Part shown: positions 62,337 to 64,000 of the stretch, in pieces
Position numbering within the stretch: position 1 is the stretch's first letter
How the letters are laid out: each line of letters begins with the position of its first letter
NCBI GenBank assembly: GCA_963727805.1
Contig: CAVSHF010000005.1
Span: 352,001-416,000, forward strand
Reading direction: 5' to 3'
Origin: an uncultured Nitrospiraceae bacterium
GTDB taxonomy: Bacteria; Nitrospirota; Thermodesulfovibrionia; Thermodesulfovibrionales; Dissulfurispiraceae
DNA length: 64,000 bases
The notes under the pieces: model-generated
What the model saw: the letters and a program-made list of their open reading frames with translations, nothing else
Database searches by the model: none
Told to the model about the DNA's origin: nothing
Translations under genes and position numbers: made by a program

Positions 62337-63956
62337 TCATCTCTTGTCATTTTTAGGGGTCTTCATCTTTGTCTTGTCGAAATTGAACTGGAGCATGGCA
62401 TATCCATAATCGATATCCTTGCCGCTACCCGATGCATTTCGGAAAAATTCTCCGGTGAAGAACCGGTCATAGGCCAGAATGACCGAGAAATCATCGTTTA
62501 TCGTATAGGTCACGTTATAGTCGGTCTCCAGCCCCAGTCTCCGGCTAAACCCATTCTCCACACCATTGGTCATGAAATAGTGGGCGGTCGCAGTAAAATT
62601 TAATTTCTTAGTGATGTCAATTCCCCATCCCAAAGTGTAAATCCGCAGTCCGCTGGCGTGGTGTCCGGCTACGTTGACTCCTGAAAGATCCCCGATTACA
62701 TGCATATCTCCCACGAGTGAACTATTGTTGTCGGGATTGCGGAATTCTTTATCGAATTTAGTGCCGTTTGCCGCATCTTTATTGCCGCTGCCGTAGCCGT
62801 AACTTAAAAAGAACTTGTTATGATATCCATGCAGAGTTGCTTCGACAGCCGCATCAATATGCCCACCGTATGCATTTATACTATCGTTTGCACCGGTAAT
62901 GGGGTCGAGTATCCGCCCAGACTCATAGACCGGCTCAAATTCCAGAGCAAGAGGACCTAGCTTTGTAGTGCCGCGAAACCCCCATATATCCAGGTATTCC
63001 CCGATATGATGGTTAGCCGACCCGGTGTCCCTGAACATGTAGGCCTCCGCGGAATTCCCGTCTGAAAAAGCATAGGTCGCATGCCCCCCCGAAAGGTTTC
63101 CTCGAAGCCCGTCAGAGAAGGGAGTTGCGTATCTGCCACCCAACAGATCAATAGTCAAAGAATCAATGGGCTTAACCCTCAGTCTTGCAGCATCAAAAGA
63201 TAACCCGTTAAAGAATGAATTTGTCCCAAGGATGAAGGTGCTTCCGTAGAGGAATTCCTGCCGGCCTCCCTTCAGGGCCAACCAATTCTGCTCCGGGATT
63301 TTCCCTTCCACAAATCCCTGGTATAGGGAATACTTGCCTGTGTGCTCAGCACCGCCGACAAAACCGTAACCTCGCCCCTCAAGATGGATGTCGAGATAAT
63401 CAGTGGGATGCCAATAAGCATAAGGTTTGACTCGATAGAGGAAACGACCTTCGCTATGATCGGGTGCGAAGCTTATATCCCTCAGCTTAAAGTTGTTCAC
63501 TCCTTCAGCACGGAGAAAACCGTTGACACCGACTTTGTATTCGAACGCCACTTCAGGTTTAGCCAGGATTCTTTCTATTGTGTCTCGTCTGAGCACATAC
63601 TCCTCATATGTAGCCAATTCCGGTTTTAACGCCTCGTGGAGGGCTGCAATTCAGTCCAGGTCCTCACGGGGAATCGCTTCTCCACCCTCTTTCTGCTGTT
63701 TTTCCACAATTTTATCAAATATAGAAATGAGGCATTGACACAGTTCGCTTTTCGGGCAGCTCTCCCCTTCAGGGAGTTTCTTTCCCGCCGAGTATTTTTC
63801 CCCAAGCTCCTTTACTTCCTTATAGGTCCAATGCTCGCAGGGCACCTGTTCCGGAATTAGCGCAGTGCCGTTATCTTTTGCATCATCAGCTCCGGCAAGT
63901 GTCGTCGCTGACATGCTCAACAAAATAAAGAGTAACAGAAGTATCTTATTAAACAT
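62337..63956 (-). pseudogene. Alginate-export-family outer membrane protein with in-frame TGA at 63651-63653
   Basis: ORFs 63651-63980 and 62337-63617 share a frame; signal peptide in the first; GRQEFLYG..FDAAR barrel motifs in the second. Confidence 0.7.
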
Positions 63957-64000
63957 TCTCCATGAATCGATAGCTCCCAACCGATGTTCCTTATTGAAAT

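Overview
Accessory-looking region of an anaerobic Gram-negative bacterium (Desulfobacterota/Nitrospirota-like by gene style; inference only). From left to right: a diadenylate-cyclase-domain gene; a redox/stress cluster (OsmC-like gene split by an in-frame TGA with a SECIS-like hairpin, Fe-S flavoprotein, unannotated 38-aa Cys peptide, Crp/Fnr, cupins, PadR); msrP plus an msrQ fused to an FAD/NAD reductase and a 2Fe-2S domain; a ~30 kb metal/cobalamin island (CzcCBA-type pump with Fur box, Fur-family regulator, Zn/Mn ABC importer with a CxxC/RAPP leader ORF, SCO, Met-, Cys- and His-rich proteins, TonB-ExbBD, two TonB-dependent receptors, btuFCD-like genes, cbiZ, two cobalamin riboswitches); mobile elements (IS4, IS91-like transposase with tyrosine recombinase, IS110, ORF-less group II intron); a catalytically degenerate PyrF-like ORF; c-di-GMP and chemotaxis genes with several gene fragments; a FecR/Pro-rich repeat protein; and an alginate-export-type gene interrupted by an in-frame TGA. 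A degenerate non-coding repeat recurs six times between modules. All calls come from reading motifs by eye; no searches were run.
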